From the NCBI GenBank assembly GCA_934754495.1, contig CAKVHW010000001.1, positions 136,462-200,461 of the forward strand: 64,000 nt of DNA. Direction: 5' to 3'. This DNA comes from an uncultured Clostridia bacterium (lineage in GTDB: Bacteria > Bacillota > Clostridia > Christensenellales > UBA1242). The notes under the pieces were generated by a model. The model worked only from the letters and a program-made list of their open reading frames with translations. It did not search any database and was not told where the DNA came from. Below are positions 21,068 through 31,344 of this stretch, in pieces; position 1 is the first letter of the stretch, and each line of letters starts with the position of its first letter. The position numbers and the translations under genes were made by a program.

Positions 21068-22345
21068 TTATTTATTTTTTAAAATTTTGTCTAGTCCAAT
21101 CATAATTCCAAGTTTACCGTATTCGTACATAAGTCCGCCTTGCATGTAAGCAATGTAAGGTGGCTTTACTGGACCATCACAACTTAATTCTATTGTGCTA
21201 CCTTGAATAAAACTTCCACCAGCCATAACTTCATCGTCTGGGTATCCAGGCATAGGTGCAGGTACAGGAGTTACATAACTTTCAATTGGGCTACCAAATT
21301 GAATACCTTTGCAAAAGTTTACAAGGTTTTGTTCGCTTTTTAAGGTTATGGTTTGAATAATGTCGGTGCGTGCTTCATCGTGTGATGGGTCTACTTGAAA
21401 ACCTAACTTTTCCAACATAAGACTAGCAAAAACCATGGTTTTTAAGGCATTTTTAACAACAACAGGTGCATTAAACAATCCTTTGTAAAAACTTAAAAGT
21501 TGGTTTAGATTTGCACCAATTTCTTTGCCAAGCCCAGGTGCAGAAAATCTTTCGGCAATGTCTAGCACGTATTCTTTTTTGCCCACAATGTATCCGCCGG
21601 TTTTAACTTCGCCACCGCCCAGATTTTTAATAAGCGACCCTACAATAATGTCTGCTCCAACATCGGTTGGTTCTTTTTTCTCTACAAAATCGCCGTAGCA
21701 GTTGTCCACCATAATAATAACATCTGTATTAACTTCTCTAATAGCTTTAATTACACGTTCAATTTTTTCAATGCTTAGGCTTTTTCTTTCGCTATAACCA
21801 CGGCTTCTTTGAATTTCTACAAGTTTAACATCGTGTTTACTTAAGCGGGTTTTAATTGTATTAATATCAAAATCGTTATCAATAAGTTCAATTTGCTCGT
21901 ACTTCATTCCGTTTTTGATAAGAGAATTACGGCTGTCACCTGTTAGACCAATTATGGTTTTTAATGAATCATATGGGTCACCTGTAATAGAAATAAATGT
22001 GTCGCCGTGTTTTAGTAGCCCCGAAAAACACAAATTAATGGCATGTGTTCCGCTCATAATTTGTGGTCTTACAAGTGCATCTTCTGCATTAAAAATTTGG
22101 GCGTATATTTTTTCAAGTTTGTCACGTCCGTCATCAGTGTAACCATAGCCAGTAATCTCTGTAAAATCGTTTGTTCCAACACGATTGTCTTGAAATGCTT
22201 TTAATAGTTTTGCACTGTTAAACATACATACATCGTCAATTTTCTCAAAAATTGGTGCAAGTTCGGTTTCTGTTTCCTTAGATAATTTTGTTATTTTTTC
22301 ATCAATATCATAATTGTAATACATACTTTGCTCCTTAAAATACAT
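21068..22345 (-). CDS. PLP-dependent Cys/Met-metabolism family protein (YnbB / aluminium-resistance family)
   Basis: 425 aa. ITGYGYTDDGRDKLEKIYAQIFNAEDALVRPQIMSGTHAI is characteristic of this family. The exact start is uncertain. Confidence 0.75.
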   Translation of the reverse strand: MYFKEQSMYYNYDIDEKITKLSKETETELAPIFEKIDDVCMFNSAKLLKAFQDNRVGTNDFTEITGYGYTDDGRDKLEKIYAQIFNAEDALVRPQIMSGTHAINLCFSGLLKHGDTFISITGDPYDSLKTIIGLTGDSRNSLIKNGMKYEQIELIDNDFDINTIKTRLSKHDVKLVEIQRSRGYSERKSLSIEKIERVIKAIREVNTDVIIMVDNCYGDFVEKKEPTDVGADIIVGSLIKNLGGGEVKTGGYIVGKKEYVLDIAERFSAPGLGKEIGANLNQLLSFYKGLFNAPVVVKNALKTMVFASLMLEKLGFQVDPSHDEARTDIIQTITLKSEQNLVNFCKGIQFGSPIESYVTPVPAPMPGYPDDEVMAGGSFIQGSTIELSCDGPVKPPYIAYMQGGLMYEYGKLGIMIGLDKILKNK

Positions 22346-22485
22346 AGTATTCTACTAAATATTGCCTAAAATGTAAATAACATTGTTAATTTGTGTTTAA
22401 AAAATTTACAAACACATTTAAAAGATATTGACTTTTTACTGTAAAAAAGGGTAAAATTAGTTATTAATAAAGTGAGGACAATTAT

Positions 22486-23043
22486 ATGATAGATGTAAAT
22501 GACATTAGAAATGGTATGACTTTTTTATTTGAAGGAAATATTTATCAAGTTATAGAATTTTTGCACGTTAAACCAGGTAAAGGTTCTGCATTTATGAAAA
22601 CCAAAATTTTAAACCTACGTACTGGTGCTACAATTGAACGTACTTTTAACACCAATGTTAAGTTTGAAGAAGCAAGAATTGATAGAGTTAAAGTTCAATA
22701 CTTGTATGAAGATAATGGTAATTTCTGCTTTATGGACGTTAATACCTACGATCAATTCGAACTTACAGCAGACCAAATTGGCGACAAAAAACGTTTCTTG
22801 GTAGAAAATATGGAACTTGATGTTACCCGTTATCAAGGCGAACTTCTTGGTGTTTCACTTCCAGAAAAAATGGAATACACAGTTGCTAGCACCGAACCTG
22901 CTGTTAAGGGCGGAACAACAACCAACGCCAATAAAGACGCAGTTATGGAAAACGGACTTGTTGTTAAAGTTCCTTTGTTTATCAACGAAGGCGAAAAGAT
23001 TATCGTAACAACATATGACGGAAAATACTACGGTAGAGCTTAA
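22486..23043 (+). CDS. efp: Translation elongation factor P
   Basis: 185 aa with the HVKPGKGSAFMKTK loop and full-length EF-P-like sequence. Confidence 0.95.
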   Translation: MIDVNDIRNGMTFLFEGNIYQVIEFLHVKPGKGSAFMKTKILNLRTGATIERTFNTNVKFEEARIDRVKVQYLYEDNGNFCFMDVNTYDQFELTADQIGDKKRFLVENMELDVTRYQGELLGVSLPEKMEYTVASTEPAVKGGTTTNANKDAVMENGLVVKVPLFINEGEKIIVTTYDGKYYGRA

Positions 23044-23054
23044 TTAAATTAGTT

Positions 23055-23084
23055 AATAACCCCACATTAATAGGGGTTATTTTT
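23055..23084 (+). terminator. efp terminator
   Basis: TAACCCC...GGGGTTA followed by TTTT. Confidence 0.75.
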
Positions 23085-23100
23085 ATGTAAGGAGATTTTT

Positions 23101-23841
23101 ATGAAACAAACAGTTTTGGTGACCGGCTCAGCCAAGGGAATAGGTAGAGAGATTATAACTCGCTTTGCAAAAAGTGGTTTTAATTGTGTTATCAACTACC
23201 ACACTAGCGAAAAGCAAGCCAAAGAACTAAAAAACGAACTTGAAAAACTTGGCGCAGATGTGTTACTTATTAAGGCTGATGTGTCTAACGAAGCACAAGT
23301 AAAAGAAATGGTGTCGAAAATTGTCGAAAAATATCAAAAAATTGATGTTTTAGTCAATAATTCGGCGGTCACTTACGATAGTTTGTTTTGTGATAAACAC
23401 CAAGATGAGTTTAATAAAGTGTTAAATACTAATATTACAGGCACATTTTTAGTAAGTAAATATGTTGGCGATATAATGTTTAAAAATAAATATGGCAAAA
23501 TTATAAACATTGCATCAACTAATGGTATTAATACATATTATCCAATGTGTGCCGAATACGATGCTTCTAAGGCTGGCATTATTTCTCTTACCCACAACTT
23601 GGCTGTGCAATATGCCCCATATATAACAGTAAATGCTGTTGCTCCAGGATTTGTGGCGACCGAAGCTGAAATTAAAGATATGGACGATGAGTATATTAAA
23701 GCAGAAACCGAAAAAATTATGGTAAGACGTGCCGGCACCCCAAGTGATGTGGCAGGACTAGTGATGTTCTTGGCAAGTAAACAAGCAGATTTTATTAACA
23801 ACACTGTAATAAGAATTGATGGCGGTCTTTACGGAGCATAA
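23101..23841 (+). CDS. Short-chain dehydrogenase/reductase, 3-oxoacyl-ACP reductase-like
   Basis: TGSAKGIGREI (TGxxxGIG), NNSA and YDASKAG (YxxxK). Confidence 0.85.
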   Translation: MKQTVLVTGSAKGIGREIITRFAKSGFNCVINYHTSEKQAKELKNELEKLGADVLLIKADVSNEAQVKEMVSKIVEKYQKIDVLVNNSAVTYDSLFCDKHQDEFNKVLNTNITGTFLVSKYVGDIMFKNKYGKIINIASTNGINTYYPMCAEYDASKAGIISLTHNLAVQYAPYITVNAVAPGFVATEAEIKDMDDEYIKAETEKIMVRRAGTPSDVAGLVMFLASKQADFINNTVIRIDGGLYGA

Positions 23842-23885
23842 CAAACAATCTTCAACAAAAACCCATGAATTGTAGCCAATTAATA

Positions 23886-23917
23886 AAACAACTCTACCAG
23901 TAGTAGAGTTGTTTTTT
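23886..23917 (+). terminator. Terminator after the SDR gene
   Basis: CAACTCTAC-CAGTA-GTAGAGTTG followed by TTTTTT. Confidence 0.8.
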
Positions 23918-23973
23918 GCTTGACTTTTTAAATTGTTTTGTTGTGTTTTGTTGTGTTTTTAAGGCATATAAAG

Positions 23974-24843
23974 TTATTTTGCATCAATGCTCTCAGTGGT
24001 CACATTTGTTGAGATACTTTTTTCTTGTATTTTGTTTACTTCGTCTATTTTTGTCACATCACATTCAGTGCCATAAAAGTCGTTCATTACTTTTATCATG
24101 CTATCTCTTGAACGTGTTTTTAAATCTTCAATTCTTTGTTTTGTTGGTAAATCATTATTTGCATATACTGGTGGCAAAACCTGAGTTGTTATTTTAAAAT
24201 GTCTACCCCAAAGATTGTCCCACCAATTGGCTTTTCTAATTAAATTTACAATCGGTATAATTGGAACGTTATTCTTAACGGCATAGTAAAATGCACCGTT
24301 TTTAAATGGTCTAAGTTTTGTATATCCTCGCCACATGGCTTGTTCTGGGTTAAGACAAACCAATTTTCCTTGTGATATATAATAAGTTATGGCACTATCT
24401 AAATTTTTTTGATTGCTAAATTGTGAAGATAATGGTAAAAACCCCAAAAGTTTTATTGTATAACCACCAAAGCCTCTCTTGTTGTTGTGTTCAGCTCCTA
24501 CAAAATATGCTTTTTTAAAAATTGTTTGTTTTGTAATCAGGCAGTCAAAAAGTGCTACGTGGTTACAAACAACAATACCACCAGTTTTACCACGTTTCTT
24601 TAGATTTTTTCTGCCCTTTATTCGTAGTCGGTAAGTAAAAAACAACAATATTGGAGCAAAAATAAAAACTATTACTCTCAAGAAGGCATAATAAATTTTG
24701 TCTATAAATCTATTGTAGATATAGCGATGGTTTGGTTCTTGTTGTTTTATAAATTTGTACTCGCCATAATTAACATCAACATCATACTTTTGTTGGCTTT
24801 CTAGGTTTTTAAGTTTTTCTTGGTATTTTTTATACTTCTTCAT
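23974..24843 (-). CDS. 1-acyl-sn-glycerol-3-phosphate acyltransferase (PlsC family)
   Basis: 289 aa with an N-terminal TM segment and the HX4D motif CNHVALFDC. Confidence 0.75.
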   Translation of the reverse strand: MKKYKKYQEKLKNLESQQKYDVDVNYGEYKFIKQQEPNHRYIYNRFIDKIYYAFLRVIVFIFAPILLFFTYRLRIKGRKNLKKRGKTGGIVVCNHVALFDCLITKQTIFKKAYFVGAEHNNKRGFGGYTIKLLGFLPLSSQFSNQKNLDSAITYYISQGKLVCLNPEQAMWRGYTKLRPFKNGAFYYAVKNNVPIIPIVNLIRKANWWDNLWGRHFKITTQVLPPVYANNDLPTKQRIEDLKTRSRDSMIKVMNDFYGTECDVTKIDEVNKIQEKSISTNVTTESIDAK

Positions 24844-25993
24844 CTTTTTTGCTCAATGCTTTATTTATTATGTCGGCTATTTCCATAGAACCGTTGCACT
24901 CTTTTTTAAATTTGTGCGTGTTTTTAATATAGGTGTCCAGCAAACTTGGGTCATCAATAAATTGTTCTACACGTTTACGAATTTTATAAGGGTTGCTAAT
25001 GTATTCACCACATTTATATTTATCTACAAACAACTTTTTTGTTGCCTTTTCAATTGGGTGTGGATAATAATCTATTAATATTGGTGTGCCCATAAACACA
25101 GAATCTAGCACGGAGTTTGGTCCTGCTTTTGTTATAAATAAATCAGCAGCTTTGTACAACTCGTGAATATTTTCAACAAATGGTAGCGGAATAAAATTAA
25201 TGTTGTCGTTTACTTTTTTGTCTAAAAAGTAATCAAGTATTTTTTGATTTTTTCCAGCAACTGAAATTATGGTTAGGTTCTTTTTGGTTTTTAGTAATTG
25301 ATTTGTTACACTTTTACATTTTCCGAGTGCATAGCCACCATCTGCAACAACGACACAAAAAGTATTTTTATCTATGCCATATTTTTCTCTAAAAAATTCT
25401 TTTGGTTGGTTGCAAGTTACAATATCGTTTCGTGCAGTAAAATTAACAGTATAACAGTTTTCACCTAAAAATTTTCGCCTGTTTACAGCTTCGCTTGTTG
25501 CATAAATATTATTGGAAATAAAAATTCCATCACTATTATCCCACCATGGGTGAACATTGTTGTCGGGATTGTATGTAACAACCACACAATTTGGGTTGTA
25601 TTGTTTTTTATATTCCAACGCACAAAAAGTAATAAAATAGTGTGTGCTAACAATGCAATCTGGATTGTGATTTTTAATTGTTTCCACAGTAGCCTTAACA
25701 TATTGCTTAAAAATTGTTTTGTGTGTAAATTTTAAAAGTTTTACTCCTCCCAATGTTTCCATTAAGGCAAAAACAAAAAAGCCGTAGCCGTGAAGTTTGT
25801 TGGTTGCTTTTGTTTGGTTTGTTAAGAATTTTTCAAAAGCTACAGATTTTTCGTTTTCTTTCATTATGTTAACATCTTGAATTTCGTACAATTCACCATA
25901 TTTTTCTTTCAAACTATCAGATATTGCTCTGGCACTTGTAATGTGTCCAAAACCAGATTCAATAAATGTTACTAGTATTTTTTTCTTATCCAT
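24830..25993 (-). CDS. Diacylglycerol glycosyltransferase (MGDG synthase / UgtP-like, GT28 family)
   Basis: 387 aa. The N-terminal SGFGHITSARAI is typical of the MGDG-synthase domain. Overlaps the acyltransferase gene by 14 nt. Confidence 0.7.
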   Translation of the reverse strand: MDKKKILVTFIESGFGHITSARAISDSLKEKYGELYEIQDVNIMKENEKSVAFEKFLTNQTKATNKLHGYGFFVFALMETLGGVKLLKFTHKTIFKQYVKATVETIKNHNPDCIVSTHYFITFCALEYKKQYNPNCVVVTYNPDNNVHPWWDNSDGIFISNNIYATSEAVNRRKFLGENCYTVNFTARNDIVTCNQPKEFFREKYGIDKNTFCVVVADGGYALGKCKSVTNQLLKTKKNLTIISVAGKNQKILDYFLDKKVNDNINFIPLPFVENIHELYKAADLFITKAGPNSVLDSVFMGTPILIDYYPHPIEKATKKLFVDKYKCGEYISNPYKIRKRVEQFIDDPSLLDTYIKNTHKFKKECNGSMEIADIINKALSKKDEEV

Positions 25994-26227
25994 ATTTTCC
26001 TCTTGATGTGCAATTTTTAATTATTTAATATTGGTTTTATTATATCTAAAAAAACAGTTAAAACGCAAATACTTTGTTTTGTTTGATTTAAAATGTGATT
26101 ACAAACTTGAAAAAGTGTTCAAAATTAAAACCTTTTGTGTAAAATTTGATAAGTTTGGAGTTTAATTTGTTTTGTGATGAGTGTTTTATTATGTTAAACT
26201 ATAAATAGTTTAAAGTGGTTTTATTGT

Positions 26228-27742
26228 ATGAAAAAAGAATTTCTAGCAAAACTTAAAGAATCGGTGCTTTCAATACTTCCAATTGCAATAATTGTAGTTG
26301 TATTGACGCTAATATTTGTGCCAAACTGTAGTATAAGCTTGGTGGCATTTTTAGTGTGCTCGCTGTTTTTGATGATGGGAATTTGTTTGTTTAATATTGG
26401 TAGTGATATGTCGCTTATGAAAATGGGTGGATATGTGGGGTCTCACCTAAGCAAAACAAGAAAAACTGCACTTATGATTGCGTGTGCGTTTTTAATTGGT
26501 TCTATTGTAACAATTGCAGAGCCCGACCTTATGGTGCTTGCAAATCAAATACCGGGAATCAACAAATGGGTGTTTTTAATAACCGTGTCGGTTGGTGTGG
26601 GTATATTTTTGGTTTTGTCGGTGCTTAGAATATTGTTTAAAATAAAAATTCAATATATCTTAGCAATTTGCTATGGGCTGATTGCTGTTTTAATGTTTTT
26701 TGTTCCGTCTAATTTCTTGCCAATCTGCTTTGACGCAAGCGGAGTTACAACAGGCCCAATATCTGTGCCGTTTATTATGGCATTCGGTCTTGGTATTGTT
26801 GCTGTTAGGTCTGGCAAAAGCAACGAAAGCGATGGATTTGGGCTTTTGGCAATCTGCTCAATTGGTCCAATTATATCTGTTATGCTAATCAGTGCCTTTT
26901 TAAAGGGTGGTGCTAGTACTGAAGTGCTTAACACAACATACGCTGTGTTTGGTAGTATGGGTGAATTTGGAAGTTTAATGCTAGCCACGCTTTTAGATAG
27001 TTTAAAAGAAGTTGCACTTGTGTTGTTGCCCGTGGTTGCATTTTTCTTAATTTATAATTTTACCGCATTAAAACAACCTGTGCGAGCACTTGCTCGTCTT
27101 GGCATTGGTATAGTGTACACATATGTTGGTATTGTATTGTTTTTCACCGGTGTAAATACTGGTTATTTGCCACTTGCCAATGTTATTTCTACCAGCATTA
27201 TGGCATCTAAGGCATGGTGGATTGTAATTCCAATTAGCATTATTATAGGTCTTGTTATTGTAGTGGCAGAACCTGCTGTGCATGTTTTAAACAAGCAAGT
27301 TGAAGATCTGTCATCTGGTGTTATCTCTAAAAAAATGATGCTTGTTTCTATGAGTATTGGTGTGTCAATCTCGGTGCTACTTTCTGCATTAAGAGTGTTG
27401 TTTGAAATTAATGTAATTTATTTTTATTTTCCACTTATTGTTGGTTGTGTGGTTCTTACGTTTTTTATTCCAAACCATATTACAGCCATTGCGTTTGACT
27501 CGGGCGGAGTAAGTGCGGGCTCGGTTAGTGGGTCGTTTATCTTACCATTCATGCAAGGTATTTGCACCGCACGTGGTCTAGATATTATGACTTACGGCTT
27601 TGGTACAATTGGGTTAATAGTGCTTACACCAATACTTATTGTAGAATTTATGGGTTTAAAGATGGCTATTAATCAAAAACGTCTTGCCAAAAGATATGCA
27701 GAACACGATGATGAAGAAATTACTGTTATTGAGTTTGATTAA
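26228..27742 (+). CDS. DUF1538 family polytopic membrane protein
   Basis: 504 aa, highly hydrophobic, with a duplicated motif FDASGVTTGPISVPFI / FDSGGVSAGSVSGSFILPF. Confidence 0.75.
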   Translation: MKKEFLAKLKESVLSILPIAIIVVVLTLIFVPNCSISLVAFLVCSLFLMMGICLFNIGSDMSLMKMGGYVGSHLSKTRKTALMIACAFLIGSIVTIAEPDLMVLANQIPGINKWVFLITVSVGVGIFLVLSVLRILFKIKIQYILAICYGLIAVLMFFVPSNFLPICFDASGVTTGPISVPFIMAFGLGIVAVRSGKSNESDGFGLLAICSIGPIISVMLISAFLKGGASTEVLNTTYAVFGSMGEFGSLMLATLLDSLKEVALVLLPVVAFFLIYNFTALKQPVRALARLGIGIVYTYVGIVLFFTGVNTGYLPLANVISTSIMASKAWWIVIPISIIIGLVIVVAEPAVHVLNKQVEDLSSGVISKKMMLVSMSIGVSISVLLSALRVLFEINVIYFYFPLIVGCVVLTFFIPNHITAIAFDSGGVSAGSVSGSFILPFMQGICTARGLDIMTYGFGTIGLIVLTPILIVEFMGLKMAINQKRLAKRYAEHDDEEITVIEFD

Positions 27743-27753
27743 AGGAGTATAAT

Positions 27754-28092
27754 ATGGTTAACTCGCCAATAGAAATGCTTTTTGTAATTGTTGGACACAA
27801 AAACTTAGAAAAAGTATACGAAATTTTTGAAAACAATGGCATAGAATACAAAACAGTTATGCCTGGCAAAGGTACGGCAGAATCAAAATTGGGCGACCTG
27901 TTTGGTTTTGGAATTATTGACCGTGATGTGATTGCAACTGTTGTGAAAACCGCTCAACGAGGTAAAATTTTGAGTGAACTAGATGAAAAACTAAATCTAT
28001 CCGAACCACATAATGGTGTAGCCTTTTCAATGAGTATTGATGCTGTTACAAGCGATGTGCTACAACTGTTAAATATTAAATTGGGGGAATAA
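27754..28092 (+). CDS. P-II-like signal-transduction protein
   Basis: 112 aa. Size, pattern and the conserved pairing with DUF1538. Confidence 0.55.
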   Translation: MVNSPIEMLFVIVGHKNLEKVYEIFENNGIEYKTVMPGKGTAESKLGDLFGFGIIDRDVIATVVKTAQRGKILSELDEKLNLSEPHNGVAFSMSIDAVTSDVLQLLNIKLGE

Positions 28093-28094
28093 TT

Positions 28095-28457
28095 ATGATA
28101 AAACCTAAGAGTATTAAAGAACAAAAAAACACACCAATCGAAATGATTGTTGCGGTTATTAATAGGGGTTATGCGGATTATGTTGTAGATGCTTCTCGTG
28201 ATGCTGGTGCAACAGGTGCAACCATTTTGTATGGCAGAAGTTCAATTAAAAAAGAAGATGCCGAATTTAATGGTGTAACAATTCAAAGTGAAAAAGAAAT
28301 TGTACTAATTTTGGTTACTAAAGATATTCGCAAAAAAGTTATGCAAGAAATTAGCAAACGTACACACTTACAGGAAAAAGGTAATGGTGTGTGTTTCTGC
28401 TTGCCTGTAAACGAAATTAAAGGGCTTACTCCTTTTGAAAAGAAAAGCATGAAATAG
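28095..28457 (+). CDS. P-II-like signal-transduction protein (second paralog)
   Basis: 120 aa. IEMIVAVINRGYADYVVDASRDAGATGATILYGR resembles the P-II beta-alpha-beta core. Confidence 0.55.
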   Translation: MIKPKSIKEQKNTPIEMIVAVINRGYADYVVDASRDAGATGATILYGRSSIKKEDAEFNGVTIQSEKEIVLILVTKDIRKKVMQEISKRTHLQEKGNGVCFCLPVNEIKGLTPFEKKSMK

Positions 28458-28467
28458 GAAAAATAAA

Positions 28468-30468
28468 ATGAATTTAAAAATTCTTTCTCCAGTAGGGGAT
28501 TTTGAAAGTTTAAAAATGGCTGTGTTTAATGGTGCGGACGAAATTTATCTTGGAATTACCGATTTTAATGCCCGCAACACCAACGGCTTTTCATTAGAAC
28601 AACTACCAAAGGTTGTTCATTTTTCACATCTATATAATGTTAAGGTTTTGTTGGCGGTAAATATTTTGTTTAAAAATTCCGAACTTAATAGGGCTGTTGA
28701 CCTTGTTGTGGACGCATATAACATGGGCGTTGATGCATTTATAGTACAAGACTTGGGGCTTATATCACTTCTTCATGCTAATTACCCAGAATTAGAACTT
28801 CATGCAAGCACCCAAATGGGCATTCACAATCTAGAAGGTGTAAAATTTTTAGAAAAATATGGCATAACTAGAGTTGTGCTAGCACGTGAAACACCACTTG
28901 ATGAAATTAAAAGAATAAGACAAAATAGCGATGTGGAAATAGAGTATTTTGCACATGGTGCACTTTGTGTAAGTTTTTCTGGAAATTGCTACTTAAGTTC
29001 TAAGTTTTGTAATGCTAGTGGAAACCGTGGTAAGTGCAAACAACTTTGTAGGCTTCCATATACTTTAAAAAACGAAAATAAGACGTTGGCAAAAGGCTAC
29101 CTATTAAGTGCTAAAGATTTTAATATGATTAATAGACTTTCAGATTTGGAAAATGCAGGTGTAAATGTAATAAAAATTGAAGGTAGAGCAAGGCGACCAT
29201 ATTATGTGGCAACTGCAACTAAAGAATACTACAATGCTATTCACGGTGAAAAAGTTGACAACACGACTCTACAGCTTGCATTCAATAGGGGTTTTACTGA
29301 AGGTTACTTTAATGGTAATGGAAATATTATATCAAAATATAACAACCATATTGGTATTAAGGTTGGTAAAGTAGTAAAAGTAAATAATGGTAAAAAATTT
29401 AATGAAGTGTTTTTAGAAACTTCTTACCCAATAAACAAAAAATCTGCTTTTAAGGTATTTGTTGATGGGGTGGAAAAATCATCTTTCACCGCATTTGATT
29501 TGCAAGAAGTTGGAAAAAACAAATATAAGGTTACCACAACTAATAATGTTCCGCTTGGTGATTTACATCTAATCATGGATAATGCCCTAGAAGAGCAAGC
29601 ACTATCTAAAATTAGAAAAATTGCTGTTTATGTTAACTTGACCGCAGTTGGTGGTGAAAATATTACTGCTATAGTAAAATGTAGGAATGTTGAATTTAAA
29701 CTATCTGGCGAAACATGTGATATTGCTAAAAATAATCCACTTACAAATGAAGAGCTTAACACATGCTTTAATAAGTCCGAAACCTTTTTGCCAAATATAA
29801 CTTGTACTACATATAATGCATTTTTACCAAAACAAAAACTAAACGAGTTTAGGCGAAATGTGTATGCGGTGCTAGAAGAAAAACTTACTGCAAACATAAG
29901 AAAACAATTAGAAAAGAAAAATCTAAACACAAACCTACCATTTAAGGCTCTTAATGACTTTAGTGTTGTTTTGTCACAAAATGATAAGTTTTTGACAAAA
30001 AACATTATTTATTCACCAGAAACGTATACAATTGATGACATTATAAAATTTAAAGAAAAGTGTGATAAATTAAATAAGGTTGGTTATTTGGATTTGCCAA
30101 ACTTTGCTCTATATGACGATATAAAATTATTAAGAGAGATAATTGAAAAAACAAAAATAGGAATTGTGGCTAATAATTATTATGCGCTAAGTTTTGATAC
30201 AGATATAATAATTGGTGCAGGGCTTAATGTATATAATTCTGTTTCCGCACACGAATTTGGACTTTTTGTTGTTACGGCCGAAAGTGATATTGCTAGTAAA
30301 ATAAACTTTCCATATATGGCATTAAGGCATTGCCCGTTTAAGTGTGATTTAGGTGCTACATGTGCAAAATGTCCTTACAACAAAAATTATACACTTACAA
30401 TGCAAGATGGCACAGTTCTTCACTTAAGCCGAAAAAAACTTAGCACTTGCACATTTTATTTAAGCTAG
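28468..30468 (+). CDS. Peptidase U32 family protein (long form with C-terminal extension)
   Basis: 666 aa with VIKIEGRARRPYYV (U32 signature E-x-x-x-EGR) and a cysteine-rich C-terminus. Confidence 0.8.
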   Translation: MNLKILSPVGDFESLKMAVFNGADEIYLGITDFNARNTNGFSLEQLPKVVHFSHLYNVKVLLAVNILFKNSELNRAVDLVVDAYNMGVDAFIVQDLGLISLLHANYPELELHASTQMGIHNLEGVKFLEKYGITRVVLARETPLDEIKRIRQNSDVEIEYFAHGALCVSFSGNCYLSSKFCNASGNRGKCKQLCRLPYTLKNENKTLAKGYLLSAKDFNMINRLSDLENAGVNVIKIEGRARRPYYVATATKEYYNAIHGEKVDNTTLQLAFNRGFTEGYFNGNGNIISKYNNHIGIKVGKVVKVNNGKKFNEVFLETSYPINKKSAFKVFVDGVEKSSFTAFDLQEVGKNKYKVTTTNNVPLGDLHLIMDNALEEQALSKIRKIAVYVNLTAVGGENITAIVKCRNVEFKLSGETCDIAKNNPLTNEELNTCFNKSETFLPNITCTTYNAFLPKQKLNEFRRNVYAVLEEKLTANIRKQLEKKNLNTNLPFKALNDFSVVLSQNDKFLTKNIIYSPETYTIDDIIKFKEKCDKLNKVGYLDLPNFALYDDIKLLREIIEKTKIGIVANNYYALSFDTDIIIGAGLNVYNSVSAHEFGLFVVTAESDIASKINFPYMALRHCPFKCDLGATCAKCPYNKNYTLTMQDGTVLHLSRKKLSTCTFYLS

Positions 30469-30534
30469 TGTTTTAATTATAATATTTTAGGTTGTGATTA
30501 CTTTTATTACTAAAGGTTTTTATAATGAAAAAAG

Positions 30535-30569
30535 AAAAAAGAGTTACTTTAAGTAGCAACTCTTTTTTT
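30535..30569. terminator. Bidirectional terminator
   Basis: AGAGTT...AACTCT stem flanked by an A-run and a T-run, between convergent genes. Confidence 0.65.
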
Positions 30570-30583
30570 GTTGAAATCTAAAA

Positions 30584-31072
30584 TTATTTAGCAATAACTT
30601 CATATCCAATAACAAGTGTTTCAATACCAGCAACAACACCAGCAATGATTGCACCAACACCTAGAGCTGAAGTATAAGCTTCGTAAATTGATGCAGTGTT
30701 TTCAGCGAAAACAATCATGTTAGGCATTAAAAACAACATAATTGTGCCAGCTAATGCACATATAGCACCAACAAGTTTTAAAACCTTACTCTTAGAAAGT
30801 TGAAGTAATGCACCAGCGATTGGTAGGATAATAGCAAGAAGGTTTAGAAAGCTAAAACCTAAAATTTCTGTTTTAACTGTAGAACCCATAACGGTTGTTT
30901 GTTCTACATAACCAAAAATTGTTTGCCAACCAGTGTATTCAATTTTACTTCCAAGAAGTCTGCCAGTATAACTAACAACAGTTAAAAACATCATACAAAC
31001 TACAACAACTGCCAAAGCCACTGGAATGAATTTTACCCATTTAGGTGTTTTCATAGATTTTCTTTTAGCCAT
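30584..31072 (-). CDS. Hypothetical membrane protein
   Basis: 162 aa with four predicted hydrophobic helices. Confidence 0.65.
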   Translation of the reverse strand: MAKRKSMKTPKWVKFIPVALAVVVVCMMFLTVVSYTGRLLGSKIEYTGWQTIFGYVEQTTVMGSTVKTEILGFSFLNLLAIILPIAGALLQLSKSKVLKLVGAICALAGTIMLFLMPNMIVFAENTASIYEAYTSALGVGAIIAGVVAGIETLVIGYEVIAK

Positions 31073-31344
31073 TTTTTAATCTCCTATATTTATTTTATAT
31101 ATTGATTATAGCAAAAATATGTTTTAAAAGTAAAATAAAGTGTGTGCCAAATTTTTAATTTTGTCAATTTTGAACATTTTAGCAAAAAATTATTTAATTT
31201 TGCTAGTTTTTATAGATTATTTTAAAAGCTAGTTCAATTATTTTTTCGTTATGTTTTGAGTTTTTAAACATTTGTTGTATAATATTACACATATTTTATG
31301 TATATATGGTATAGTACATTATAATTTTAAAAGGACAACTAAAA

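Noticed and set aside
22400-22430. 7-bp inverted repeat TGTGTTT...AAACACA between the ynbB-like gene and efp, as a possible operator.
   Set aside because: The stem is short and AT-rich, occurs once, and has no supporting context.
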